A DNA stretch of 32,000 bases from Pseudomonas aeruginosa (GTDB lineage Bacteria; Pseudomonadota; Gammaproteobacteria; Pseudomonadales; Pseudomonadaceae). Where the stretch lies: the NCBI RefSeq assembly GCF_001457615.1, contig NZ_LN831024.1:1290001-1322000 (forward strand). The letters are read 5' to 3'. The notes under the pieces were generated by a model. It had not been told where the DNA came from. It worked only from the letters and a program-made list of their open reading frames with translations, and ran no database searches. Below, one piece after another: positions 11,244-19,984 of the stretch (position 1 is its first letter; each line of letters begins with the position of its first letter). Position numbers and translations under genes: made by a program.

Positions 11244-12140
11244 ATGAGTACCCTCGAACATCCCCTGATCGACCGTTTCCTCGATGCCCTGTGGCTGGAA
11301 AAAGGCCTTGCCGACAACACCCGCGAGGCTTATCGCAACGACCTCCAGCAGTTCAACGCCTGGCTCGATGGCCGCGGGTTGCGCCTGGAGGGCATCGGCC
11401 GCGACGCCATCCTCGATCACCTGGCCTGGCGCCTGGAACAGGGCTACAAGGCCCGCTCGACCGCGCGCTTCCTCTCCGGCCTGCGTGGCTTCTATCGCTA
11501 TTGCCTGCGCGACGGCCTGATCGCCGAGGATCCCACCTTGCAGGTGGACCTGCCGCAACTGGGCAAGCCGTTGCCGAAATCCCTCTCCGAAGCGGACGTC
11601 GAGGCATTGCTGGCGGCGCCGGAAGTCGACGACCCGCTGGGCCTGCGCGATCGCACCATGCTCGAAGTGCTGTATGCCTGCGGCCTGCGGGTCAGCGAAC
11701 TGGTCGGCCTGACCCTGGAGCAGGTCAACCTGCGCCAGGGCGTGGTCAAGGTGTTCGGCAAGGGCAGCAAGGAGCGCCTGGTGCCGCTCGGCGAGGAAGC
11801 CATCGGCTGGCTCGAACGCTACCTGCGCGAGGCCCGCGGCGACCTGCTTGGCGGGCGACCCAGCGACGTGCTGTTCCCCAGCCTGCGCGGCGAACAGATG
11901 ACCCGCCAGACCTTCTGGCATCGCATCAAGCATCACGCGCAGGTGGCGGCGATCGGCACGTCGATTTCGCCGCACACCCTGCGCCACGCCTTCGCCACCC
12001 ACCTGCTCAACCATGGCGCCGACCTGCGGGTGGTGCAGATGCTGCTCGGCCACAGCGACCTGTCGACCACCCAGATCTATACCCATATCGCCCGGGCCCG
12101 CCTCCAGGATCTGCACGCACGCCACCACCCGCGAGGCTGA
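11244..12140 (+). CDS. xerD: Site-specific tyrosine recombinase XerD
   Basis: 298 aa: 'HPLIDRFLDALWLEKGLADNTREAYRNDLQQFNAWL', 'VLYACGLRVSELVGLTLEQVNLRQGVVKVFGKGSKERLVPLGEEA', catalytic 'HTLRHAFATHLLNHGADLRVVQMLLGHSDLSTTQIYTHI'. Confidence 0.97.
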   Translation: MSTLEHPLIDRFLDALWLEKGLADNTREAYRNDLQQFNAWLDGRGLRLEGIGRDAILDHLAWRLEQGYKARSTARFLSGLRGFYRYCLRDGLIAEDPTLQVDLPQLGKPLPKSLSEADVEALLAAPEVDDPLGLRDRTMLEVLYACGLRVSELVGLTLEQVNLRQGVVKVFGKGSKERLVPLGEEAIGWLERYLREARGDLLGGRPSDVLFPSLRGEQMTRQTFWHRIKHHAQVAAIGTSISPHTLRHAFATHLLNHGADLRVVQMLLGHSDLSTTQIYTHIARARLQDLHARHHPRG

Positions 12141-12266
12141 CGCTTTGTCCGAAAAATCCGTACCTACCCGAAAAGAGGCGCTTTCGTAGCGTTCTGCGAC
12201 AAGCGTCGGGCCCGTCGGGATAGCGGTCTATGGTAGGCTTCGCCGATCGCACGACAGGAGTGACAC

Positions 12267-12995
12267 ATGCGCGTGACCCGTTTTCTGGCTGCTGCCGCCC
12301 TCGGCCTGATGAGTACCCTGGCCCTGGCAGACAATGCCGATCAGAACATCCGCAAGACCCTGCAGGCCCTGCAACCGGACCTGCCCATCGACTCCATCGC
12401 CAGCAGCCCGCTGCAGGGGCTCTACCAGGTGCAGCTGAAGGGCGGCCGGGTGCTCTACGCCAGCGCCGACGGCCAGTTCGTCATGCAGGGCTACCTCTAC
12501 CAGGTGAAGGACGGCAAGCCGGTCAACCTGACCGAGAAGGCCGAGAGCCAGGCGATCGCCAAGGCGATCAACGGCGTGCCCGCCAGCGAGATGGTGGTGT
12601 ATCCGGCCAAGGGCCAGGCCAAGGCGCACATCACGGTGTTCACCGATACCACCTGCCCGTACTGCCAGAAGCTGCATGCCGAGGTGCCGGACCTGACCGA
12701 GCAGGGGATCGAGGTGCGCTACATGGCGTTCCCGCGCCAGGGGCCGCAGTCGGCGGGCGACAAGCAACTGCAGGCGGTCTGGTGTGCGAAGGAGCCGACC
12801 AAGGCGATGGACGCCATGATGAACGGCAAGGAGATCAAGTCTTCCGAGTGCAAGAACCCGGTAGACAAGCAGTTCCAGATGGGCCAGATGGTTGGGGTGC
12901 AGGGAACGCCGGCGATCGTCCTCGCCAATGGCCAGTTGCTCCCCGGCTACCAGCCGGCCAAGCAGTTGGCCAAGCTGGCGCTGGAGGCCAAATAG
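12267..12995 (+). CDS. dsbC: Thiol:disulfide interchange protein DsbC (periplasmic disulfide isomerase)
   Basis: Signal peptide 'MRVTRFLAAAALGLMSTLALA'; thioredoxin-like active site 'FTDTTCPYCQKLH' (CPYC at 12654-12665); located directly after xerD. Confidence 0.95.
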   Translation: MRVTRFLAAAALGLMSTLALADNADQNIRKTLQALQPDLPIDSIASSPLQGLYQVQLKGGRVLYASADGQFVMQGYLYQVKDGKPVNLTEKAESQAIAKAINGVPASEMVVYPAKGQAKAHITVFTDTTCPYCQKLHAEVPDLTEQGIEVRYMAFPRQGPQSAGDKQLQAVWCAKEPTKAMDAMMNGKEIKSSECKNPVDKQFQMGQMVGVQGTPAIVLANGQLLPGYQPAKQLAKLALEAK

Positions 12996-13023
12996 CGCCG
13001 GGTCTGCCGAACAATTGACTAAT

Positions 13024-13055
13024 AAAGAGCCGCTTCGTAATGTGCGGCTCTTTTG
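13024..13055 (+). terminator. Rho-independent terminator after dsbC
   Basis: AAAGAGCCGC-ttcgtaatgt-GCGGCTCTTTTG: stem plus T run. Confidence 0.85.
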
Positions 13056-13208
13056 TTTTCATCATTGGCGATTTCCGCCGCCCGCTGGCGGAATCCATCG
13101 CCAGGATGTGTCGTGGCCCGTACAGTGGTCGCGTCAACCTCGATTCGCTCGGGGAACCATAGCAGGCCGGCGCGTCCGGCCGTCGTAGGTGAGATGGGGA
13201 GTTCCAGC

Positions 13209-14513
13209 GTGAAACCGGTCAAAGTAGGCATCTGTGGGTTGGGGACCGTCGGTGGCGGTACCTTCAATGTACTCGAACGCAACGCCGAGGAGATTGCCCG
13301 CCGTGCCGGGCGCGGTATCGAGGTTGCGCAGATCGCCGCCCGCCGGCCGAACCCGAAGTGCGATACCGGTGCGACCCCCATCACCGCCGATATCTTCGAC
13401 GTAGCGTGCAATCCCGAGATCGACGTGGTCGTCGAGTTGATCGGCGGCTACACCCTGGCCCACGAGCTGGTGCTCAAGGCCATCGAGAACGGCAAGCACG
13501 TGGTCACCGCGAACAAGGCGCTGATCGCCGTGCACGGCAACGAGATCTTCGCCAAGGCTCGCGAGAAGGGCGTGATCGTCGCCTTCGAGGCCGCTGTCGC
13601 CGGCGGCATCCCGGTGATCAAGGCGATCCGCGAGGGGCTGTCGGCCAACCGCATCAACTGGCTGGCCGGGATCATCAACGGTACCGGCAACTTCATCCTC
13701 AGCGAAATGCGCGAGAAGGGCCGTACCTTCCCCGACGTGCTCGCCGAGGCCCAGGCCCTGGGCTATGCCGAGGCCGACCCGACCTTCGACGTGGAAGGCA
13801 TCGACGCCGCCCACAAGCTGACCATCCTCGCCTCGATCGCCTTCGGCATTCCGCTGCAGTTCGACAAGGCCTACACCGAAGGCATCTCGAAGCTGACCAG
13901 CGCCGACGTCAACTACGCCGACGCCCTCGGCTATCGCATCAAGCACCTGGGCGTGGCGCGTCGCACCGAGAGCGGCTTCGAGCTGCGCGTGCACCCGACC
14001 CTGATTCCCTCGGATCGCCTGATCGCCAACGTCAACGGCGTGATGAACGCGGTGATGGTCAACGGCGACGCCGTCGGCTCGACCCTCTACTACGGCGCCG
14101 GTGCCGGCATGGAGCCGACCGCTTCCTCGGTGGTGGCCGACCTCGTCGACGTGGTCCGCGCCATGACCTCCGATCCGGAGAACCGCGTACCGCACCTGGC
14201 GTTCCAGCCGGACGCGCTGTCCGACCACCCGATCCTGCCGATCGAAGCCTGCGAAAGCGCCTACTACCTGCGCATCCAGGCCAAGGACCACCCGGGCGTA
14301 CTGGCCCAGGTGGCCACCATCCTGTCCGAGCGCGGCATCAACATCGAATCGATCATGCAGAAGGAGGCCGAGGAACAGGACGGCCTGGTGCCGATGATCC
14401 TGGTTACCCACCGGGTCATCGAACAACGCATCAACGATGCCATCGCCGCCCTGGAAGCGCTGGAAGGCGTGTCCGGGCCGGTGGTCCGTATCCGTGTCGA
14501 ACAACTGAATTGA
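13209..14513 (+). CDS. hom: Homoserine dehydrogenase with C-terminal ACT domain
   Basis: Likely GTG start at 13209 (VKPVKVGICGLGTVGGGTFNVLERNAEEI; 434 aa); 'NKALIAVHGNEIF', 'GIINGTGNFILSEM'; ACT-like 'AKDHPGVLAQVATILSERGINIESIMQKE'. Confidence 0.97.
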   Translation: MKPVKVGICGLGTVGGGTFNVLERNAEEIARRAGRGIEVAQIAARRPNPKCDTGATPITADIFDVACNPEIDVVVELIGGYTLAHELVLKAIENGKHVVTANKALIAVHGNEIFAKAREKGVIVAFEAAVAGGIPVIKAIREGLSANRINWLAGIINGTGNFILSEMREKGRTFPDVLAEAQALGYAEADPTFDVEGIDAAHKLTILASIAFGIPLQFDKAYTEGISKLTSADVNYADALGYRIKHLGVARRTESGFELRVHPTLIPSDRLIANVNGVMNAVMVNGDAVGSTLYYGAGAGMEPTASSVVADLVDVVRAMTSDPENRVPHLAFQPDALSDHPILPIEACESAYYLRIQAKDHPGVLAQVATILSERGINIESIMQKEAEEQDGLVPMILVTHRVIEQRINDAIAALEALEGVSGPVVRIRVEQLN

Positions 14514-14565
14514 TCGAACGCCGGGCGCCGCTCGCGGGCCCGCGTCAACAGCGAAGGTTTTGAAC

Positions 14566-15975
14566 ATGCGTTACATCAGCACCCGCGGCCAAGCGCCCGC
14601 CCTGAACTTCGAAGATGTCCTCCTCGCCGGCCTGGCCAGCGACGGCGGCCTCTACGTCCCGGAAAACCTGCCACGCTTCACCCTCGAGGAGATCGCCTCC
14701 TGGGTCGGCCTGCCCTACCACGAGCTGGCCTTCCGGGTGATGCGCCCGTTCGTCGCCGGCAGCATCGCCGATGCCGACTTCAAGAAGATCCTCGAGGAAA
14801 CCTATGGCGTCTTCGCCCATGACGCAGTGGCGCCGCTGCGCCAGTTGAACGGCAACGAATGGGTGCTGGAGCTGTTCCACGGCCCGACCCTGGCCTTCAA
14901 GGACTTCGCCCTGCAACTGCTCGGCCGCCTGCTCGACCATGTGCTGGCCAAGCGCGGCGAGCGCGTGGTGATCATGGGGGCCACCTCCGGCGATACCGGC
15001 TCCGCGGCCATCGAAGGCTGCCGCCGTTGCGACAACGTCGACATCTTCATCATGCACCCGCACAACCGCGTGTCCGAGGTGCAGCGCCGGCAGATGACCA
15101 CCATCCTCGGCGACAACATCCACAACATCGCCATCGAAGGCAACTTCGACGACTGCCAGGAGATGGTCAAGGCCAGCTTCGCCGACCAGGGCTTCCTCAA
15201 GGGTACCCGCCTGGTAGCGGTGAACTCGATCAACTGGGCGCGGATCATGGCCCAGATCGTCTACTACTTCCATGCCGCGCTGCAGCTCGGCGCGCCGCAT
15301 CGCTCGGTGGCGTTCTCGGTGCCGACCGGCAACTTCGGCGACATCTTCGCCGGCTACCTGGCGCGCAACATGGGTCTGCCGGTCAGCCAACTGATCGTCG
15401 CGACCAACCGCAACGACATCCTGCACCGCTTCATGAGCGGTAATCGCTACGACAAGGACACCCTGCATCCCTCGCTGTCGCCGTCGATGGATATCATGGT
15501 CTCGTCCAACTTCGAACGCCTGCTGTTCGACCTGCACGGCCGCAACGGCAAGGCCGTCGCCGAACTGCTGGATGCCTTCAAGGCCAGCGGCAAGCTGTCG
15601 GTGGAAGACCAGCGCTGGACCGAGGCGCGCAAGCTGTTCGACTCCCTGGCGGTCAGCGACGAGCAGACCTGCGAGACCATCGCCGAGGTATACCGCTCCT
15701 GTGGCGAGTTGCTCGACCCGCACACCGCCATTGGCGTGCGTGCCGCCCGCGAATGCCGGCGCAGCCTGAGCGTGCCGATGGTGACCCTGGGCACTGCGCA
15801 TCCGGTCAAGTTCCCCGAAGCGGTGGAGAAGGCCGGCATCGGCCAGGCGCCGGCGCTGCCTGCGCACCTCGCCGACCTGTTCGAGCGCGAGGAGCGCTGC
15901 ACCGTATTGCCGAACGAGCTGGCCAAGGTACAGGCCTTCGTCAGCCAGCACGGCAATCGCGGCAAGCCGCTCTGA
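14566..15975 (+). CDS. thrC: Threonine synthase
   Basis: MRYISTRGQAPALNFEDVLLAGLASDGGLYVPE; PLP motif 'FHGPTLAFKDFALQLLGRLL'; 'VIMGATSGDTGSAAIEGC'. ATG at 14566 preferred over the in-frame TTG at 14560. Confidence 0.97.
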   Translation: MRYISTRGQAPALNFEDVLLAGLASDGGLYVPENLPRFTLEEIASWVGLPYHELAFRVMRPFVAGSIADADFKKILEETYGVFAHDAVAPLRQLNGNEWVLELFHGPTLAFKDFALQLLGRLLDHVLAKRGERVVIMGATSGDTGSAAIEGCRRCDNVDIFIMHPHNRVSEVQRRQMTTILGDNIHNIAIEGNFDDCQEMVKASFADQGFLKGTRLVAVNSINWARIMAQIVYYFHAALQLGAPHRSVAFSVPTGNFGDIFAGYLARNMGLPVSQLIVATNRNDILHRFMSGNRYDKDTLHPSLSPSMDIMVSSNFERLLFDLHGRNGKAVAELLDAFKASGKLSVEDQRWTEARKLFDSLAVSDEQTCETIAEVYRSCGELLDPHTAIGVRAARECRRSLSVPMVTLGTAHPVKFPEAVEKAGIGQAPALPAHLADLFEREERCTVLPNELAKVQAFVSQHGNRGKPL

Positions 15976-15993
15976 GCCTGTCGTGAAAGGAAG

Positions 15994-16020
15994 AAGCCCG
16001 CCTTGATGGCGGGCTTTTTC
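15994..16020 (+). terminator. Rho-independent terminator after thrC
   Basis: AAGCCCGCC-ttgat-GGCGGGCTTTTT hairpin with T tract. Confidence 0.9.
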
Positions 16021-16028
16021 ATGTCTTC

Positions 16029-17039
16029 TCAAAGGGCAGCGGCGAGTTTGTTGCGCGAGGGGCGGAGCAGCCTCAGTGGATCGTTGAACTGGATGTCGCT
16101 GGCCAGCTTGTAGTAGCGCCCGACGAAATAGTCGCGGGCCTGGGCATCGTTCTTTCCCTGGTACAGCACCCAGGCGACGCTGATGCCGGCGAACTCGTTG
16201 TACTCGATCTGTCGCAGCGGGCTGAAGTGGGTCGCCGTGGTGGCCGTGGCGCCCCAGGCGGGCACGTCGCGGATCAACGGGCCCTGCCAGAGGATCGGCC
16301 AACTGAGCGGCGGCACGACCACATCGGCCAGTCCGGTCAGCAGCAGGGTCGGGGTCTTTACCGTGGAACCGATGGCCAGGGGGCCTGGCTCGATCGGCAG
16401 GGCGCCGACCAGCTTCAACCGTGGCTCGATGAGTTGCAGGGCTTGTGCAGAGAGGCTGGCGCTCTGCAGTGTGGCCTGGCCGCCGGCGGAGTGCCCGGCG
16501 ACCAGCGTCCGGGAAAAGTCCGCCCGGCCATGCAGGGCCGAGGCCGGGTCCCTGTCCAGTTTCGCGACCTCAAGGATGCCGAGGGCGTGCATCAGCGGGA
16601 AGGAATTGATGAAGTCGGAGGAGATCACCACGATGAAGTCGTGGCTGGCCCACAGTTTCATCAGTTCGTGATAGTTGCCGGCGTTGGAAAGTATGCCGCC
16701 GACGAAAGTGATGACCGGAAGCTTGGCGTCGGACGCGGCGATGTCCGCCGGATAGTAGATGCTGGTACTGATCGGGCTGGCGAAGCCATAGGGGAAAGCC
16801 TCGTTGCAGCGGATCGAGCCGTCCAGCAGGACGATCCTGGCGATGGTCCCGACGAAGCCACGACAATCGGCGAGCACGGCGGTGCTGGCGATCTCGGTGT
16901 CGGCGACCGGACGCGCGTACTGGTCGTTGGCCAGGCCGACGGCGCCGAACAGCAGCGAGCCCTGTGCCGTGCCGGCGGCGAATGCCAGCGCGAGGATGAA
17001 GGCGCGCCAGGCGCCGCGGGGGGATGCGAAGGCAGTCAT
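16029..17039 (-). CDS. Secreted alpha/beta hydrolase (lipase/cutinase-like)
   Basis: Preferred start MTAFASPRGAWRAFILALAFAAGTAQG (17039; signal peptide); nucleophile elbow 'TLVAGHSAGGQATLQS'; 'TPTLLLTGLADVVVPP'; 'TATTATHFSPLRQIEYN' with a candidate catalytic His. Confidence 0.85.
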   Translation of the reverse strand: MTAFASPRGAWRAFILALAFAAGTAQGSLLFGAVGLANDQYARPVADTEIASTAVLADCRGFVGTIARIVLLDGSIRCNEAFPYGFASPISTSIYYPADIAASDAKLPVITFVGGILSNAGNYHELMKLWASHDFIVVISSDFINSFPLMHALGILEVAKLDRDPASALHGRADFSRTLVAGHSAGGQATLQSASLSAQALQLIEPRLKLVGALPIEPGPLAIGSTVKTPTLLLTGLADVVVPPLSWPILWQGPLIRDVPAWGATATTATHFSPLRQIEYNEFAGISVAWVLYQGKNDAQARDYFVGRYYKLASDIQFNDPLRLLRPSRNKLAAAL

Positions 17040-17346
17040 GAGATCCTCGCTGTTCGATGCGCAGGGGGAAGTCTCGTTGTTACTGCCTGACGGACGCGCC
17101 GGATACTGCAATTTCAAGCAGGTGAAGGCGTTGCGCGAGGGTGGGATGGTTGGAGTTTTTCCCGGTGCTTCCCTTATAGCGGGCTGATCGTTGCGTTGGC
17201 CTGGTTCGGCTCGAATGGCTATTTGCGCCGGCACGTGGCCTTTCGCCAGATGCTGCCGTTAGTCCGGTAAATGCTTGCATCGACGAACCCTATTCGCGTT
17301 TTTTCGGTCTTTGACGAGTCTTATTCGTCGAAACAGGAGACCTGAT

Positions 17347-17631
17347 TTGGACAGCCTGAAGCAACGACTGGCCGATGCCTTCGCTCCCCATCCCTTCACC
17401 CTCAGCCAGCCCCGGCCCGATGGCGGACGGGTGGTCACGCTGGTCGATCCGCAGGGGGAAACCCTGTTGCAGCGGGTCATCGCCAAGGTGCAGTTGAACG
17501 ACGAAAGCTATCTCGAGGATGCCGTGCAGACCATTCGCCGGGAATTGCAGGTGCTGGTCGGGCGGATGGAGGAAGACGTGCTGGCGACCTTCCGCGAGCG
17601 GGATCACGTGCTGCTGTATTCGTCGCGCTAG
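17347..17631 (+). CDS. Small conserved pseudomonad protein (DUF3509-like)
   Basis: LDSLKQRLADAFAPHPFTLSQPRPDGGRVVTLVDPQGETLLQRVIAKVQLNDESYLEDAVQTIRRELQVLVG... TTG start at 17347 is preceded by CAGGAGACCTGAT (SD about 7 nt away). Family name from memory. Confidence 0.7.
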   Translation: MDSLKQRLADAFAPHPFTLSQPRPDGGRVVTLVDPQGETLLQRVIAKVQLNDESYLEDAVQTIRRELQVLVGRMEEDVLATFRERDHVLLYSSR

Positions 17632-17741
17632 CACCGTCTCGTTCGAGGGCGCGTTGCGCATCGGGCGGTCAGGCCGAAGGCGCGCGCCGGTGCAGCGGCT
17701 CTTGCCGGATGGCGCCATGCTCGTGGAAGCGTGCGGATAAC

Positions 17742-17772
17742 CCCCTCTCCCTGGCTGGATAGGGGAGAGGGG
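17742..17772. repeat. Perfect 10-bp inverted repeat in intergenic region (bidirectional-terminator- or REP-like)
   Basis: CCCCTCTCCC (17742-17751), 11-nt loop, GGGAGAGGGG (17763-17772), between convergent genes; no T tract. Confidence 0.6.
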
Positions 17773-17815
17773 CCGCCCTGTCCGCGGAGCACCGATGAAG
17801 GGCTCCGCGTACCGT

Positions 17816-19015
17816 TCAGATGGCGCCTTCCCGGCGCAGGGCGGCGATGCCCTCGCTGTCGTAGCCCAGCTCGGCGAGCAGGGCATCGGTATGCTCGCCC
17901 AGTTCCGGGCCTACCCAATCCGCCGAGCCTGGCGTGGCGGACAGCTTGGGCACGATGCCAGGCATGCGGAATGGCTTGCCGTCCGGCAAGCGTGCCGAGA
18001 GGAACATCTCGCGGGCAAGGAATTGCGGATCGCGGAACATGTCTTCGGCGGAGTAGATTCGGCTGGCCGGGACTTCGGCTCGCGCCAGCACCGCCAGCAC
18101 TTCCTCCAGGGGCTGCGAGGCGACCCAGCGGTCGATAACCCCATAGAGTTCGTCGCGGCGCGCATCGCGCCCGTCGTTGCTGGCCAGTCGCGGGTCGCTG
18201 GCCAGGTCGTCGCGGCCGATGGCCTGCATGAAGCGGCGGAAGATCGCGTCGCCGTTGGCGCCGATCTGTACGTGGCGGCCATCGGCGCTGGTGTGGATGG
18301 AGGAGGGGGTGATGCCCGGCATGATGTTGCCGGTGCGCTCGCGGATGAAACCGAACACGTCGAATTCCGGAACCATGCTTTCCATCATGGCGAAGATCGC
18401 CTCGTAGAGGGCGACGTCGACCATCTGTCCCTCGCCGCCGTTGACCTCGCGGTGTCGCAGCGCCATCAGCGCGCCGATCACGCCCCACAGGGCGGCGATC
18501 GAGTCGCCGATGGAAATCCCGGTGCGAACCGGCGGGCGGTCCTCGAAGCCGGTAATGTAGCGCAGTCCGCCCATCGACTCGCCGACCGCGCCGAAGCCCG
18601 GCTGGTCCTTGTAGGGGCCGGTCTGGCCGAAGCCCGACAGGCGCACCATCACCAGGCGCGGGTTCAGCGCGTGGAGGACATCCCAGCCCAGGCCGAGCTT
18701 TTCCAGTACGCCGGGGCGGAAGTTCTCGATCAGGATGTCGGCATCGCCGAGCAGGCGTTTCAGGATCGCCTGGCCTTCGGCGTGCTTGAGATTGAGGGTC
18801 AGGGATTTCTTGTTGCGTGCCTGAACGAACCACCACAGCGAGGTGCCTTCGTAGAGCTTGCGCCACTTGCGCAGTGGATCGCCGCCGTCGGGCGACTCGA
18901 TCTTGATCACTTCGGCGCCGAACTCGGCGCAGATCCGCGAGGCGAAAGGGCCGGCGATCAGGGTGCCGAGCTCGACCACCTTCAGGCCGGCCAGCGGTTT
19001 GGGCGAATGTTCCAT
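17816..19015 (-). CDS. CaiB/BaiF family (class III) CoA-transferase
   Basis: 'PLAGLKVVELGTLIAGPFASRICAEFGAEVIKIESPDGGDPLRKWR', 'NKKSLTLNLKHAEGQ', 'NFRPGVLEKLGLGWDVLHALNPRLVMVRLSGFGQTGP'. MEHSPKPL start (19015) preferred over the upstream Met at 19045. Confidence 0.93.
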   Translation of the reverse strand: MEHSPKPLAGLKVVELGTLIAGPFASRICAEFGAEVIKIESPDGGDPLRKWRKLYEGTSLWWFVQARNKKSLTLNLKHAEGQAILKRLLGDADILIENFRPGVLEKLGLGWDVLHALNPRLVMVRLSGFGQTGPYKDQPGFGAVGESMGGLRYITGFEDRPPVRTGISIGDSIAALWGVIGALMALRHREVNGGEGQMVDVALYEAIFAMMESMVPEFDVFGFIRERTGNIMPGITPSSIHTSADGRHVQIGANGDAIFRRFMQAIGRDDLASDPRLASNDGRDARRDELYGVIDRWVASQPLEEVLAVLARAEVPASRIYSAEDMFRDPQFLAREMFLSARLPDGKPFRMPGIVPKLSATPGSADWVGPELGEHTDALLAELGYDSEGIAALRREGAI

Positions 19016-19300
19016 GCGGTGTCCGTCAGGCTGCAGTGTGCGCATAGCCTAGAGCATTTGCCGGCGGTGCGGGCGGGTGCCGCGGTAGGGTGAGACGTTT
19101 CCCGTTTTTTCCCGATATGCCCGGCGGTCCTTCAATTCCTTTTGCATAGAGGGTTTAATGCGGGAGTCGATACAGGATGTAGCGCGCCAGACACCGAGCC
19201 AGGGAGGCCCCTCGTGCCATTTCTTTCTCTCTTTCCTCCCCGTGTTTCTTTTCCATGCTCCGGCCGGCCCGGCGTAGATATGCGCGTGCGTTGGTTTTTA

Positions 19301-19335
19301 TTACATGTGATCTGTTGAAATCTTACATGTGATCT
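19301..19335 (+). repeat. Two exact 13-bp direct repeats TTACATGTGATCT (19301-19313 and 19323-19335)
   Basis: Direct reading of TTACATGTGATCTgttgaaatcTTACATGTGATCT; centre-to-centre spacing is 22 bp. Confidence 0.9.
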
Positions 19336-19343
19336 CGTAGTGT
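19315..19343 (+). promoter_or_regulatory. Candidate sigma70-type promoter for the DUF2170-PspA-flotillin-ATPase cluster
   Basis: TTGAAA (19315-19320), exactly 17-bp spacer, TAGTGT (19338-19343), just upstream of the ATG at 19350. Confidence 0.4.
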
Positions 19344-19349
19344 GAGTCC

Positions 19350-19970
19350 ATGCAACGGAAATCATCGGCCCATTATCAGCGTGTCTTTCGCCAGCGCCTG
19401 CGCGAGCAGGGCCTGGTGAAGAAGGAAGTCTGGATCTTGCCGGAGAACGCCGCGGCGCTCGCCGGCATCGAGCGGATGCTGCGTCGCCCGGCTGCCGGAG
19501 CGGCTCATTTGGAGAAGGAGGAAGACATGACGGAAGCCCGGGTATGGAACGCTCGCTCGCTGGCCGAGGCCCTGAGCGGCACCGAGCTGTTCAGCAGCGG
19601 CGAGGCCCAGATCGAGCTGATCGAGGGGGCGGAAGCGAGTCTCTACGTGATCATGCGCGAATACGGCGACCTGCCGGTGTTCGTCGCGCCCCAGGGCGAG
19701 CAGATCATCGTCGAGGCGCTGCTCTGGCCGGAAAGCGACGTTACCGACGCGACCGCCTTCAACGAAGAGGTCCTGCTCAGCCGGCAACTGTTCCCGCTGT
19801 CGAGCATCGGCCTGCTCAACCTGCCGGGCGAGGAGCGCTGCTACAGCATGTTCGGCGCGTTGAGCACGACTTCGTCGCTGGCCAGCGTGCTGCACGAAAT
19901 CGAAACCCTGGCCGGCAACGTGATCCGCGCCACGGAAGTCTACGCCGGCTACCTGAAAGCCCGGGCCTGA
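19350..19970 (+). CDS. DUF2170/YjfI-like protein with an extra N-terminal segment
   Basis: 206 aa: 'HYQRVFRQRLREQGLVKKEVWILPENAAALAGIERML' followed by 'MTEARVWNARSLAEALSGTELFSSGEAQIELIEGAEASLYVIMREYGDLPVFVAPQGEQIIVEALLWPESDVTDATAFNEEVLLSRQLFPLSSIGL'. Alternative strong start at 19527. Confidence 0.85.
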   Translation: MQRKSSAHYQRVFRQRLREQGLVKKEVWILPENAAALAGIERMLRRPAAGAAHLEKEEDMTEARVWNARSLAEALSGTELFSSGEAQIELIEGAEASLYVIMREYGDLPVFVAPQGEQIIVEALLWPESDVTDATAFNEEVLLSRQLFPLSSIGLLNLPGEERCYSMFGALSTTSSLASVLHEIETLAGNVIRATEVYAGYLKARA

Positions 19971-19984
19971 GGGAGGACACCATC

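Noticed and set aside
11244-12140. Tyrosine recombinase considered as an integrase marking a mobile island
   Set aside because: Sequence and the xerD-dsbC-hom-thrC order fit the housekeeping XerD; no tRNA, att repeats or other mobile genes nearby.
14545-16302. 585-aa minus-strand ORF over thrC
   Set aside because: Antisense to thrC and crossing the thrC terminator; no recognisable domain.
17795-19093. 432-aa plus-strand ORF opposite the CaiB/BaiF gene
   Set aside because: The minus strand encodes an unmistakable CoA-transferase in the same interval; the plus-strand product has no family motif.
19301-19350. Full CRP/Vfr site (TGTGA-N6-TCACA) considered
   Set aside because: Only TGTGATC half-like strings are present; neither copy has a downstream TCACA half at the right spacing.
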